DNA of 64,000 nucleotides from Escherichia coli (GTDB lineage Bacteria; Pseudomonadota; Gammaproteobacteria; Enterobacterales; Enterobacteriaceae): NCBI RefSeq assembly GCF_029227855.1, contig NZ_CP074356.1; one strand, 5' to 3'. Shown piece by piece: positions 45,312 to 56,253 of this stretch (position 1 is its first letter; each line of letters starts with the position of its first letter). The notes under the pieces were generated by a model. It saw only the letters and a program-made list of their open reading frames with translations, ran no database searches and was not told where the DNA came from. The position numbers and the translations under genes were made by a program.

Positions 45312-45731
45312 GGTTTATTCCTTAAATTATTTATGGTTTTATTCTGAGTGCAATCCATACTGATTCATAACCAGTGAATAAGATTTCCCCGAATAATCTA
45401 TATAAATTAGCGAAGTCCTCTTCACTAATTAACCGTAAAATCCCGTACCAATGAAATATAAAAATAACCACCCACACAAATTTATTGCAAATATTATTCA
45501 TTATTGTATATACATCATTCACTGAACGTTCTCAAACTGCATACCTTAGAACCATCAATTAAAGCCACAACAAAAAAATCGATTACTTTATGTCGCATGA
45601 CAAATATGAATTACATATTAATCAACCTTAAAAACAATCATCTCTTATAATTAACAGCATACCATGAGAAACACAAAATCAATTTACCATGCATACCAGG
45701 AGCATAATTAACCTCTCACCGCAGGGCGAAA

Positions 45732-46097
45732 TCATGAAGGCCCGCAGCCAGCAAGGATTAGAGAAAGGTATTCATTCTTACGTCCTGCCCGCTTTTGCTT
45801 GCGTTTAATACCCGCTTTAAAGCTATTCTCTGCGGTCAGTAAATTCATCGCGATATGTCGACAAACTGCCAGATTTTCTCCCGCTTCTCCACGAACAATC
45901 TGGCATTCATCTTCCCGCATCCCCATATCAAGTCGCCAGTGCAGTTGATTTTCTACCGACCAGTGTGCTCGTGTTGCTTCCAGGAGTTCTTTCGCCGTAA
46001 GCGTCACCGAACTTATGTAGTAGCGAAGAATACACTTCTCTGATTTCACCGCTGTTTCTCCTTCCAGGGCAAGATTACGAAAGCCCGCTCCCCGCAA
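45732..46097 (-). pseudogene. H-repeat-associated (ISAs1-family) transposase, C-terminal fragment of a second, diverged copy
   Basis: 121 aa piece alignable to the C-terminal third of the full H-rpt ORF but clearly diverged (RAHWSVENQLHWRLDMGMREDE versus [22 protein letters not shown]). Confidence 0.6.
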
Positions 46098-47211
46098 GGA
46101 CTGACGCCAGATAGTTTCTGTCCATGGCTGCTTTTCGCATCTTACGTCTTAACCCTGCCTTGAATACCTTATCATTCGTTAAAATATTAATAGCGATGTG
46201 CCGTATCCCTGAAAATAATTCTGCGGCGTTTCCTCTTCCTATTTTGCAGTCGTCTTCATTCATTACCACGTCCAGACGCCAGTGCAGCTTATTCTCCACG
46301 TGCCAGTGGTTTCGGATTGCTGTGGCGAACTTCTCTGCGGTTAAATCAGCAGAACTGATATAATATCTGACCGTCATTTCTGGCTCTTTCTTTTGTTCTG
46401 CTATTATTGACCGAAAGGAGACTGCCACGCATAATTTCTTCAGTCCTTTCCATTCAAACATTAAATCAATAAGTTCATCAGGGACATCACAAACAATGTG
46501 AAGACGGATTTCTTCTCTGCCGTGACTCTTTTCACTAATTGCGTAACTGTCATGCTCTGGATTATTTAATTCTTTCAGTGGGAATTTTTCCTCAAAGGCT
46601 TTATTTAGCCGCCCCTGGTTTCCTTTTACAGCGAATAAATAATCACCTCCCTGTTTTTGTATCTTCTCTGCAATATCTTTCTGGCAACCCATCGCATCAG
46701 TTGTGATGATTTTTCCTTTAATATCCAGCATGTTAAGAAGTTCAGGGATAGCTGTAATTTCATTTGATTTCTCATCCGTCCTGATCTGTCCGATGACCAG
46801 ACTGTGCATTGTTGAGAACGCACTAATGACATGAATCGCTCCCTTGCGGCGACTCTTGTCATAAGGATGCCGGAGTGTTTTTCCATCAATTGCGATGACG
46901 TCTTTATCAGCTGAAGAATGGCAGTCACGCATCCAGTTAATAAAGCACTCGTGAAATTTTGCAGGACTGATACAGGATACAACTCTGGCAATGGTATCGT
47001 GAACAGGAATACCATTTTCAAAATCACCATATTGCTTCAAAAAATCGAGATGTGTTTCCCCAAAATCCTCTATATCTTCCCAGCATTCTGCACCAAAAAT
47101 AACGGCACAAATAGTCAACAGTAGAATATCCGACAATTTATGTTCCACTTTCCAGGCTTGTCTGTAATCGGGGATAATAGAAATATGTTCCATCAATTTT
47201 TTAAGTTCCAT
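46075..47211 (-). CDS. H-repeat-associated protein (ISAs1-family transposase, YdcC/YhhI-like), full length
   Basis: 378 aa intact ORF; H-rpt elements are the usual companions of E. coli Rhs loci. Confidence 0.8.
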   Translation of the reverse strand: MELKKLMEHISIIPDYRQAWKVEHKLSDILLLTICAVIFGAECWEDIEDFGETHLDFLKQYGDFENGIPVHDTIARVVSCISPAKFHECFINWMRDCHSSADKDVIAIDGKTLRHPYDKSRRKGAIHVISAFSTMHSLVIGQIRTDEKSNEITAIPELLNMLDIKGKIITTDAMGCQKDIAEKIQKQGGDYLFAVKGNQGRLNKAFEEKFPLKELNNPEHDSYAISEKSHGREEIRLHIVCDVPDELIDLMFEWKGLKKLCVAVSFRSIIAEQKKEPEMTVRYYISSADLTAEKFATAIRNHWHVENKLHWRLDVVMNEDDCKIGRGNAAELFSGIRHIAINILTNDKVFKAGLRRKMRKAAMDRNYLASVLAGSGLS

Positions 47212-47340
47212 TTTGTTCTCCTTAATTATGTAAGGAGTATTTGATCATGTATACGCAATAAAAAACAGCTTTAGGTAATAAGGAATATCTCAATTTTTAA
47301 ACATAAAATGCGAATTATTTAGTACAAAAAGTGAACTTCT
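46660..47340 (-). repeat. Direct repeat copy B (H-rpt 5' region plus N-terminal coding part), paired with 39481..40160
   Basis: See copy A. Confidence 0.6.
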
Positions 47341-47557
47341 GATGATCTTTCCCTGCCCATTGGGTTCATTAAGATCAAGAATAATGGGAATATGCTCAAG
47401 AAGACTTTGAATGTTCACCAGACGTCCTTTTCTAATATATTTAATTATTTGGCGATTAAATTTTAATCAAATCAACAAGGTAAAACCAAGATTAAAGTTG
47501 TGATGATAATCACAACTTTAATGATCTTCCCCTGATTCCTCCAGTCCTTTTATTTGG

Positions 47558-47932
47558 TTACTCTAATGGTTTTATTAATTGTAAATTTTTAAATGTCATG
47601 CTTAATAAGCCATCAGAAAAATAAAGAAAAAATTTATATATCCTTTTGTTTTTTAATTTCTTTATATACCCATTACTTATATTACCTGACTTGTGATTAT
47701 CGATTAACTCAGCAGAATCCATAGCGAACACTAAATCATCTACATCAGAAAATTCAACTATCATTTTTTCCCTAATGTTCTCATTTTTATAAATGTCAAT
47801 AAATAACGTCATGTTAAAATGAGATTCTTTGAATGTCGTTTTTACTTCTAACAAAACCCCATCATGCCAGTCAATTGAACTCACAATGTCAAAATCGCTC
47901 ATTATATAATCTCCATTATCCGTTTTAATCAT
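47558..47932 (-). CDS. Putative immunity protein for the rhs1 C-terminal toxin (small acidic protein, no recognised domain)
   Basis: ATG at 47930-47932 overlaps the rhs1 TGA as ATGA; about 124 aa; the ORF-track start at 47965 is an alternative. Confidence 0.5.
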   Translation of the reverse strand: MIKTDNGDYIMSDFDIVSSIDWHDGVLLEVKTTFKESHFNMTLFIDIYKNENIREKMIVEFSDVDDLVFAMDSAELIDNHKSGNISNGYIKKLKNKRIYKFFLYFSDGLLSMTFKNLQLIKPLE

Positions 47933-50900
47933 GGAGTAACAACGTTTGCAGGTATTGACCACCAAAGAGGTGGTGCAAGTGAAGGTATAAATCGAATCAC
48001 TCTATATATAACATACCCTGCGCCAATTGTAGCACCAGTTGCAAGAGCCGCATCAGTAGTTGATAGCCCAGAGGTTTTGCATGACAGATCTTTACTTGGT
48101 TCTGGCTCGAAACCATATTTTTTTGCACATTTCTTAATGCTATTTGGTGCTGATGAGTAATCCTCACCATGGGACATACCTCCAAATTCCCCCATTACAC
48201 CACTCCCATTTTTACACTCCCAATGCAAATGTCTTCCGTCACCAACAGCATCGCCATCTATTCGGATTCGACAACCTTTACCACAGTCCTTCCATTTTCC
48301 TGAAGTATGAGCTAATCCCAATGGATCAATCCATTGCACAGGATTGTTCATAACATAACTGTACGGGTTTATTCCCCCCGCCAGCCCTATCGGGTCCTGG
48401 ATGATATACCGCCCCTGCAACGGATCGTAGTACCGGTGACGGTTATAATACAGCCCCGACTCCTCATCGTGTTGCTGCCCTGGCAGACGGTACGGCTGGT
48501 GCAGGTGATGCGGGTTTTCCTCATTCAGCAGGTTCCCCACTCATCATACTCCCCGCTCCACGCCGTATTGCCGTCTTCGCTGATGAGCGCCAGCGGCAGG
48601 CCCCGGTGGTCGCAGTGGTAAAGATGAACTTTTCGCGCCGGTGTGTATTCCGGCTCCACCTGTCTGGCCAGTTGCTCCACCGTCAGCCCGCACTGCGCAA
48701 GCCACGCCCGGCTTTCGTTACTCACGCGGTCTGCCCGGATTTCTCCCTCCAGCCTGTCCAGCAGCCGCACCAGTTCAGCCGGGAACACCACACCGTGCCC
48801 GTCCTCACTCCCTTCCGACTGTAACTTCTCCGCCAGGCTGCGGCGCTGCGCTTTCTCCCGTTCGCCGTTCTCTGTTTCGATGCGGATGAGTGGCGTGAAG
48901 CTTCCCGGCTCGTATACCGTCTGGATACGTGTGGTGTCAGTCTGCACCGTCGTCAGCCTGTCGCCGTCCCACCCGTACCATGTCTCCTCCGGTTTACGCG
49001 ACAGCGACATCCACCCCGTCAGGTCACGCTCCCGCCGCCATACCCGTTTCGCCATTCGCCGTCCCAGCGGGTCGTAGAGGTAGCGGCTCTCGACCAGTGG
49101 CTCGCCATGCTGTATCCGCGTGTAGAACACCAGGCGGTGCTGGCTGTCGTAGTGGTAGTGGTGGGTCCGCTCGTCGTCCGTCCGTATCACACCCGCCGGG
49201 ATGCGGTCCGTCTTCTCTGTCAGCCTGCCGTATTCATCGTGGCGGTAGACATAGTGCGCATCCTCCGCGATGCGGTTATCCGGCCACGCCGTGAGTGTAC
49301 TGTCCGGGTGCAGCTCCGGGTCCGGCAGCCGGTTGCCCGCCGGGTCCGTGGCATACGGGATGCGGATGTCCAGGTCCGGTGCGAGGGTGCGTACACTCGC
49401 CAGCCTGCCCGTGGCACTGTAGCCGTATTCCCGCGTCTGTCGCGGGCCGCTGATGCGCACAAGGTCGCCGTTGTCATTCCACCCGTAGTCACGGTCATAC
49501 ACCAGGCTGTTCAGGTGCTGGCTCTGTAACTGGCCTGCAGGGGTGTATGTGCTGGTCAGTTCGTATGCGGCATTACTGCCTGCCATGCTGCCAAAGCTGC
49601 GCACCGTCTCCCGGTGCAGCCTGTCCCGCGTATACTCGACCCGCGGCGTCCCGCCCAGCTTCATTCCCGCCAGGTAACCGCTGCCATAGGTCAGCCACTC
49701 CACCGGCGGCAGGCTGTCCGGCGTGACGCGGTTTGCCAGCCCCTGTTCGTTGTATGCCTGTTTCGTCTCATGCTGCCACAGCAGTTCCCCCGTCTCCGGG
49801 TTCTTCACCGTCTGGCGCTCACTGGTCAGACGGCCTTTATCGTCATAGCCGTAGTGGACCGCCACACGGTGGCCTTCACTGGTATGGCTGAGGGTGGTTA
49901 ACCACCCGTGCTCATCATACTGCCACTGCTCTGCCGGGTCGCCGTTCACCGTCCGGTGCGTGATGCGGTCTGCTTCATCGTAGTACCACTGCGTGACCTG
50001 CCCCTCATCCTCGCTGCGGATGAGCTGCCCTGTGGCGCTGTACCGGTAACGCTGTGTCCTGCCATCAAAGCCGCGCTGCTCCGTCAGGCGGTCCAGCACA
50101 TCGTAGGTAAATTCACTCCGGCTGCCGTTCTCGTTGGTCAGCGTGGTGACACGTCCTGCCGCGTCATACTCCATACTGCGCGTCAGCCCGCCCTGCGTGG
50201 TGCTGACCGCTTTTCCCCACGCATCGTACTGTGTCTCGCTCCGGTTGCCGTCCGGGGTGATAACGGCAGTCAGGTCGCCTGCGGCGTTGTACTCATACTG
50301 CGTTTCACGGCCCTGTGCGTCTTTCACCGAGGTTAACCGGCCACGGTTGTCATAGCGGCGGTAACGGCTGATACCTTCCTCGCGGTGGACCGCCGTCATC
50401 TGACCAAAGCGGTCGTATTCATAGCGGGTCTGGTAGCCCGAGCAGTCGGTGAACGCCAGCAACTGACCGTAGCGGCTCCAGGTCATCTGCCGGGTGCTGC
50501 CCGTCGCATCCATTGTCGTCGCCGGTAACTCACTGTACGCGTCATCGTAGCGGTAGCGTACTGTCTCCCCGCTGCGCGATGTCTCCGTTACCAGCCTGCC
50601 CGGTTCATCATATGCCCGGCGGCTCTCCAGCCCGTCCGGGGACACCACTGCCGTCACCTGGTTCCCGTCGTTATAGTAAAATTTCGTCTCCCGCCCGTCC
50701 GGTGTGGTGATGTCCGTGATATCGCCTGACACCACATTCAGACCGTACTCTGTCCGCCGTCCCGCCGCGTCCGTCTGCGCCGTAAGCCTTCCTGCCGCGT
50801 CATACCCACTGTGCGTGGCGCTGCCGTCCGCCAGTTCTTTTTTCACCACCCGCCTCAGCCCGGCCCCGCCTTCTGTATGCAGCACCTCACGCCGGTTCAG

Positions 50901-52088
50901 GCTGTCCGTGACGGTGATGCGGTCCTGCTCATACTGGTAGCGGTAACTCAGGCCTGCCGGGTTCAGCTGCTCCACCACCCGCCCCGCATCGTCGTAGCGG
51001 TAGCGCATCTCCGGCCTTCCCGCGTAACGGTGCGCCACCATCCGGCCCGGGTGCTGCGCGTCATACGTGAAAGCGCGCACCTGCGTATTGCTGCGGTCAT
51101 ATACCGCCAGCAGTTCACCGGCTTCCGTATACGTGTACCGCGCCAGTGGCGCACCGGGCAGATTCTCCGGGTATGCCGGGTCATGCATCAGCCACACCGC
51201 TGAAAGACGGATGCCCCTGTCGGGGCCGTATTCCGTACCGGGCAGTGTGTCGGGGAACGCTGAGGCTGAGAGAGGGCGGGAACGGTCAGAAGAAGATAGC
51301 GAAGAGGTGCGGGCCTCTTCCGCCCGCTGCGCCTGCGTGGTCAGCACCAGACGGAACTTCCGCCCGGCACCGTCCGTCACGCCGGTGATTTCCCCGGCCA
51401 GGTCACCGGCGGCCTCACGCCGGTACGTCAGCGTCTGCCCGAAGCGGTCCGCCAGCCCGGTAAGCACCCGGTACGGCGGCAGCGGCGCTGGCAGTACGTC
51501 CTCAGTGCCCGGCACCCGCTCTGACCACCCCAGTATCCACCACGGTCCCTGTGCGCTGTTGGTCGCCAGGTAAAGATGCGGGCTTAACCGGATATCCGGC
51601 GGCAGCGACGGCCACAGCCGTGCCAGCGTGTGGCCGTCCGGCTGCGCTGCCTTACCACCGCGAACCAGCCACATTGACTCGCTGCGGCTGTACACCGCCT
51701 CCCCCGGCAGCAGCGGCTCAAAGTGAATGCTCCGCCCGCCGTTGTCGTTGAGTATCAGTCCGTCATCACGTATCTGTAAGCGGATATCAGAAGGCGCTTT
51801 CCAGCCGGGGCCAAAAATCCCCACCGGCGCAGGCGTCTTCGTCCGGTAGCTGCTGTAGGTGCGGGAGAGAATGAACGGCAGCGGGCCGGGCAGCGCAAGG
51901 TCCGTCTCGCCGGGCAGCACCTTCGCCCCCAGCAGCGGATTTACCGGGTTGCCCGAAGTCATCCCGCCCGGACACACCGAGCACGCCACGCCGGTGGACG
52001 CGCCAATTCTTACACCTGCCGAACCCTGGACAATGGGACCGCCATACTGAGTCATATCTCCCTGACGCGCCGCTGGTTTTCCGCTCAT
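47929..52088 (-). CDS. rhsE: Rhs polymorphic toxin (PAAR-like N-terminus, YD-repeat shell, DPxGL, distinct C-terminal tip); one apparent -1 frameshift at about 48535 in a G-run at the shell/tip junction
   Basis: ORF 48525..52088 (1187 aa) continues in a second frame as 47929..48540 (…[21 protein letters not shown]…DPLGL + tip); next to vgrG and yncG, where rhsE lies in K-12 (symbol by position only). Confidence 0.8.
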
Positions 52089-52154
52089 GATTCAATTCCT
52101 TCTTCTGTTTATTTTTAATGCTTGTTTGTTACTGAATACCGAACAGGTACGGGA

Positions 52155-54263
52155 TCAGTACTCTCTCATATCCGGCGTATCCTGCTTTTCATCAGGGGTC
52201 TTCGGTGGGGATTTCGAGGCTGCACAGTTCCAGTTAATCAACAGTGAGTCACCATTAACCTGCTCCTTACCCTGCAAATGAATTTTTGTGCCGTTGAGAA
52301 AAATTTGTCCGTCCTTAGTCAGCACCAGCCTTGCCTTACCACAGCAGAGTTCCAGATGCTCACCGGCGGAGTAAATCGCGGTCTGCCCGGTATCATCCTT
52401 TTTCGTTTTACCAACGGTGAAGGTAACGTTATTTCCGACTTTGACGTCATAACCCAGCCCGACCATCAACGACTTATGCAAACCGATCTGCGAGGACTGC
52501 ATCAGGGCCACCGAGGTGTTCATAATGCCACCTACCGTCGTCTGATACGCCACGCCCACGGTCAGCGCACGAACAAGTCCAATCGTTTCCACCTGAACAG
52601 AGCCCACTTTAATGATCTGGTTACTGCCCACCGTCTCTATCTGGTTAACGCCCACCGTCTGTATCTGATTGTTGGTAACCGCAATCACCTGATTGTTGCC
52701 GATGGTCTCAGCATGGCTGTTTATCACATCCGTGGTTCGGTTATTCAGCACCTCAGTGTTCATGTTCTTCTGCGCGTGGATGTAGACCTGTTCTTTCCCT
52801 GTCGCATCGTCAAACTTCAGTTCATTAAACCCGCTGCCCTTATAGGTTTTCGAACGAATGGTCATCTGCGTCTTTGTTCCCGGCAGGCTGCCGGGGGTGC
52901 GGTTTTCCTGGTGGTAGGTACGCCCCATAATAATCGGCTGGTCCGGATCGCCGTTGAGGAAGTCCACAATGACTTCCTGACCCACACGCGGTATCGCCAG
53001 GTTGCCAAAGCCGGTGCCTGCCCACGCCTGTGCCACACGGATCCAGCATGAACTGTCCTGGTTTGACGGGTTATAGCGGTCCCAGTTAAATTTCACCCGC
53101 ACGCGGCCATGTTCATCACAGAAGATTTCTTCTCCTGCCGGTCCCGTCACGACGGCGCTCTGCGGGCCGTCCACCAGCGGTTTCAGCAACGGCTGTGGCC
53201 GCCATGTTCTGTCTGCCGGTATTACCGCAAAGTGGTTATTCAGCGTGGTACCTGAACCCCTGCGTCCCGGCACCGCCTGCGGCTGCTCGCCGTGCAGTTC
53301 ACTTGCCACCACCTGCCATTCCCGGTTCAGGTTCGCCTGCGGATGCCCCGTCAGCGCAATTCGCCGTCCCGGCCATATCTCCGGCGAACGGCTTGTTCCG
53401 CGCGCCACTTCTGCGTTGTTTCGCCAGCCATCCATCTGCCAGCAGGCAAAGTTCTGCCCGTGGGCACCCTTGAAACGTCCGGGGTAGTCATACACTTCAT
53501 ACTGTGTGCGCTGGTAATCCTGGTGCTGGCCTTCCTGATCAAAACGCCCTGCCCAGCCGGGTCGTTTAAAGGTGTAGTCTTTGGTCACCACGGAAGATGG
53601 GCGGATTTGTGCGCTGTAGCGGAACTGGCTGATGCATAGGGTGCTCACCTCGGTACGGGTGTTCGGATTCCAGGGGATCTCAAAGGACTCCGGCAGATAA
53701 CGCACGGTGTCGCACAGGACCAGGCTCTGGTCGGTACTTTTTTGCGCGTGCTCCTCATAAAAGAAGATGCCTTCCTCCGCCGCCATCCGGCACAGGAAAT
53801 CGTAATCGGTTTCGCCGTACTGGACACAAAACTCACGGGAAGGATGCGGCTCGCTGAACAGCGGACTCCACTCGGTCACCCCGTTTTCTTTCAGGATCGT
53901 CGCGAGTATGCTTTCGATGTCCTCATTCTGGAAGATACGGAAGTTCTGGCGCAGCCCTGTGCGCCACAGCGGTGGGCACACCTTCATGCTGTACAGCATC
54001 TGGTTTTTGTCGTTCTCCCCCAGTTCAAACCAGGTCACCACACCTTTCACCCGGCGCTGTACGTCATCGCCCTGCCATACCGTCAGGTAGGCCATTTTGT
54101 CCAGCACCTGCGCAAATTCAAGGGAGAGAAACTGCTGGCTGACCAGAGAGAGATCGAGGGAAAAGAGCGAAGAGAGTGACTGGTTCAGATGAAAGGAGAC
54201 CACCGCAAACGCGTCCGGTGGCAGGCCGTCCACTTCCAGCGTGAAACGTAATCCGGTTGACAT
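52155..54263 (-). CDS. vgrG: Type VI secretion spike protein VgrG (Rhs-associated)
   Basis: About 702 aa from MSTGLRFTLEVDG with GGAGG RBS; gp27/gp5-like sequence with C-terminal beta-helical VxVG-type repeats; directly upstream of rhs1. Confidence 0.85.
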   Translation of the reverse strand: MSTGLRFTLEVDGLPPDAFAVVSFHLNQSLSSLFSLDLSLVSQQFLSLEFAQVLDKMAYLTVWQGDDVQRRVKGVVTWFELGENDKNQMLYSMKVCPPLWRTGLRQNFRIFQNEDIESILATILKENGVTEWSPLFSEPHPSREFCVQYGETDYDFLCRMAAEEGIFFYEEHAQKSTDQSLVLCDTVRYLPESFEIPWNPNTRTEVSTLCISQFRYSAQIRPSSVVTKDYTFKRPGWAGRFDQEGQHQDYQRTQYEVYDYPGRFKGAHGQNFACWQMDGWRNNAEVARGTSRSPEIWPGRRIALTGHPQANLNREWQVVASELHGEQPQAVPGRRGSGTTLNNHFAVIPADRTWRPQPLLKPLVDGPQSAVVTGPAGEEIFCDEHGRVRVKFNWDRYNPSNQDSSCWIRVAQAWAGTGFGNLAIPRVGQEVIVDFLNGDPDQPIIMGRTYHQENRTPGSLPGTKTQMTIRSKTYKGSGFNELKFDDATGKEQVYIHAQKNMNTEVLNNRTTDVINSHAETIGNNQVIAVTNNQIQTVGVNQIETVGSNQIIKVGSVQVETIGLVRALTVGVAYQTTVGGIMNTSVALMQSSQIGLHKSLMVGLGYDVKVGNNVTFTVGKTKKDDTGQTAIYSAGEHLELCCGKARLVLTKDGQIFLNGTKIHLQGKEQVNGDSLLINWNCAASKSPPKTPDEKQDTPDMREY

Positions 54264-54707
54264 AGCAACCTCCGTGAAAATGAATAATAATCCGCACATA
54301 TTGCATGTACAACATGTCGGGCGGATGAGATAAGCGAGTCGACATCTGGCGTTACCGGGGAATATCAAAAAAATGTCATGGTTATGTGATGATTTAGTCT
54401 GGGATTTTACTTCAGAGAAACGGGTGTCTGTTTAGTCAACAAAATAATCACAAACGCAACGGATGGGTTCTCGACGTTATTCACGACAGGCTCGTACATT
54501 ACAGCGAGTAATAAAAACCTGATATGCAAAGTCAAACCAATATTCATAATGTCTTTTTATTCACAACAATAAATAATTCAATAACAATCATTGAAATGAA
54601 TGATGGTTTGTATAAGGAATATACGCTACCGCCCCACCCTGATAACATGATCTGCACATTGCCATCTTAACGTCGTTAAACACTGGCTTAATAGTGGATA
54701 TTTAAAA

Positions 54708-54902
54708 TTAGGAATTTATTAAATTCACCTGATGAATATCATAAGCAAATAGCATAGAAAATAATGACAACTCCCCCGAGGGGACCATTTCCAAAGCACT
54801 GCACCACCACCTGGTGCCCGGATGATCTTGCTTCAGTGGTAAGAGTACCTGATTCATTGTTCCCAAAATGGTGTTTTCCCGGGCCCCTCCAATAATGTGC
54901 AA
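54708..54902 (-). CDS. Small hypothetical ORF in the AT-rich leader upstream of vgrG (may correspond to yncH; not verified)
   Basis: 64-codon ORF only; no motif support. Confidence 0.2.
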   Translation of the reverse strand: MHIIGGARENTILGTMNQVLLPLKQDHPGTRWWCSALEMVPSGELSLFSMLFAYDIHQVNLINS

Positions 54903-55369
54903 CTCTCACGTGATAATCTATTGATTAGGTTATATTAAGAATCAATATTTGAAATACATCCATTTTCTTGAATAAATCAACATGTTTATTTATCAATTGC
55001 TGTTTTAGCTCTGACTCATCAAGCTCTCCATATTTGTCCTACAGATAATCGCGAATAAATACAGAGAACGCCATTTATCCTTTTAGCATACCTGCCGGAT
55101 ATTTTTATTTGTATTAATATTAATTGCATCTCCAACTCCGGGCATATCCATCATTAAAAACATTTTGAGATTATAGAATGCCTGTGATAACAACTGAAAC
55201 ATCTGCACAATGTGAATAGTTAGTTTCTTTTCAGAGGAAATGAAATAGACAAGCTGAATGAAAGGGAGAGTGATATAAATTAAAAAAATAACATGAATCT
55301 AATTAATTACGTCCATCATTGTGGATAAAGTTACTGAATAATAAATAACATAATCTTCTGGTATCCCAC

Positions 55370-55987
55370 TCAAATAATTTCATTCCTTTTTAATACTTCT
55401 TGTAATTTCGGTAACTGACATACAGCTTCAGCGATCGCGCTGATATTCTGCGCATTATCGTGAAACCATTCATGCCCCGGCCCCCATGTGCGCATGGTGC
55501 AGAGATAACAGTCCACCAGCGTTAGTTGCTCGCCAAAGGCATAAGGTTCAGCGGTCAATTGTGAATTCAGCCAGATATAAAGCGATTTACGATATTCAAT
55601 AACATTCTTCTTTAACTGTTCGGGTGCGTCAGGAGCCCAACGCTCAGGGTAATCGGCGAAAGTGAATGTTGGATAGACATTAGCAACCAGCCAGACCAAT
55701 AGCCGTTGAAACTGCTGACGTTCGGCGCGCCCAACCGGTGGCGCAAGGTCCGGGCGACGATCGAGAACCATCAATGCAATCGCCGCTGTCTCCGTCATAA
55801 TCTCGTCATTTTCCAGCGCCAGTGTCGGAATCTGACACAACGGGTTCAGGGTTTTCAATAACTCGCGTGAAGTTCCCTCGTGGTCAAAACCACTGACATC
55901 AACGAACTGATAAGGAATATCAGCCAGTGTTAGCATCAGCTCACTGATTGTAGAGCCCCATCCGGGTACGCCATACACCTTAATCAT
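55370..55987 (-). CDS. yncG: Glutathione S-transferase-like protein
   Basis: 205 aa, GST N- and C-domain features; synteny with ansP. Confidence 0.85.
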   Translation of the reverse strand: MIKVYGVPGWGSTISELMLTLADIPYQFVDVSGFDHEGTSRELLKTLNPLCQIPTLALENDEIMTETAAIALMVLDRRPDLAPPVGRAERQQFQRLLVWLVANVYPTFTFADYPERWAPDAPEQLKKNVIEYRKSLYIWLNSQLTAEPYAFGEQLTLVDCYLCTMRTWGPGHEWFHDNAQNISAIAEAVCQLPKLQEVLKRNEII

Positions 55988-56253
55988 ATGCCCCTCACAA
56001 TCTTTTAAAGATTAAGTGTAGGACAGTACACAGGTTAACCAGCAAAAGGATTTGTCATTTTTTCGTCAGTTGTATTATTCCCCTTCAGGATTGTAAGGGG
56101 ATGTTTTGCATCGTTTATCGATAACGGGTAGGATGCTGCGCCGATAGTTTTATACCCATAAAGAATAATGGTGATAACTATCATCGCCAGGATGAATAAA
56201 CATTGTTCATGGCAACTTATATGACTTTTTCATTAAAGCAATCAGGGAGAGCA

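Noticed and set aside
45331-45522. 63-codon ORF in the AT-rich leader upstream of rhs2
   Set aside because: Low-complexity hydrophobic translation in an AT-rich spacer, no RBS; most likely chance.
41100-52088. YD-repeat periodicity as a possible CRISPR or tandem DNA repeat array
   Set aside because: Repeats are degenerate at the nucleotide level, lie within one long ORF and lack uniform repeat-spacer structure; no cas genes. These are protein-level YD repeats.
52278-54179. Plus-strand ORFs of 257 and 145 aa overlapping vgrG
   Set aside because: Antisense to vgrG, no RBS, no recognisable domains.
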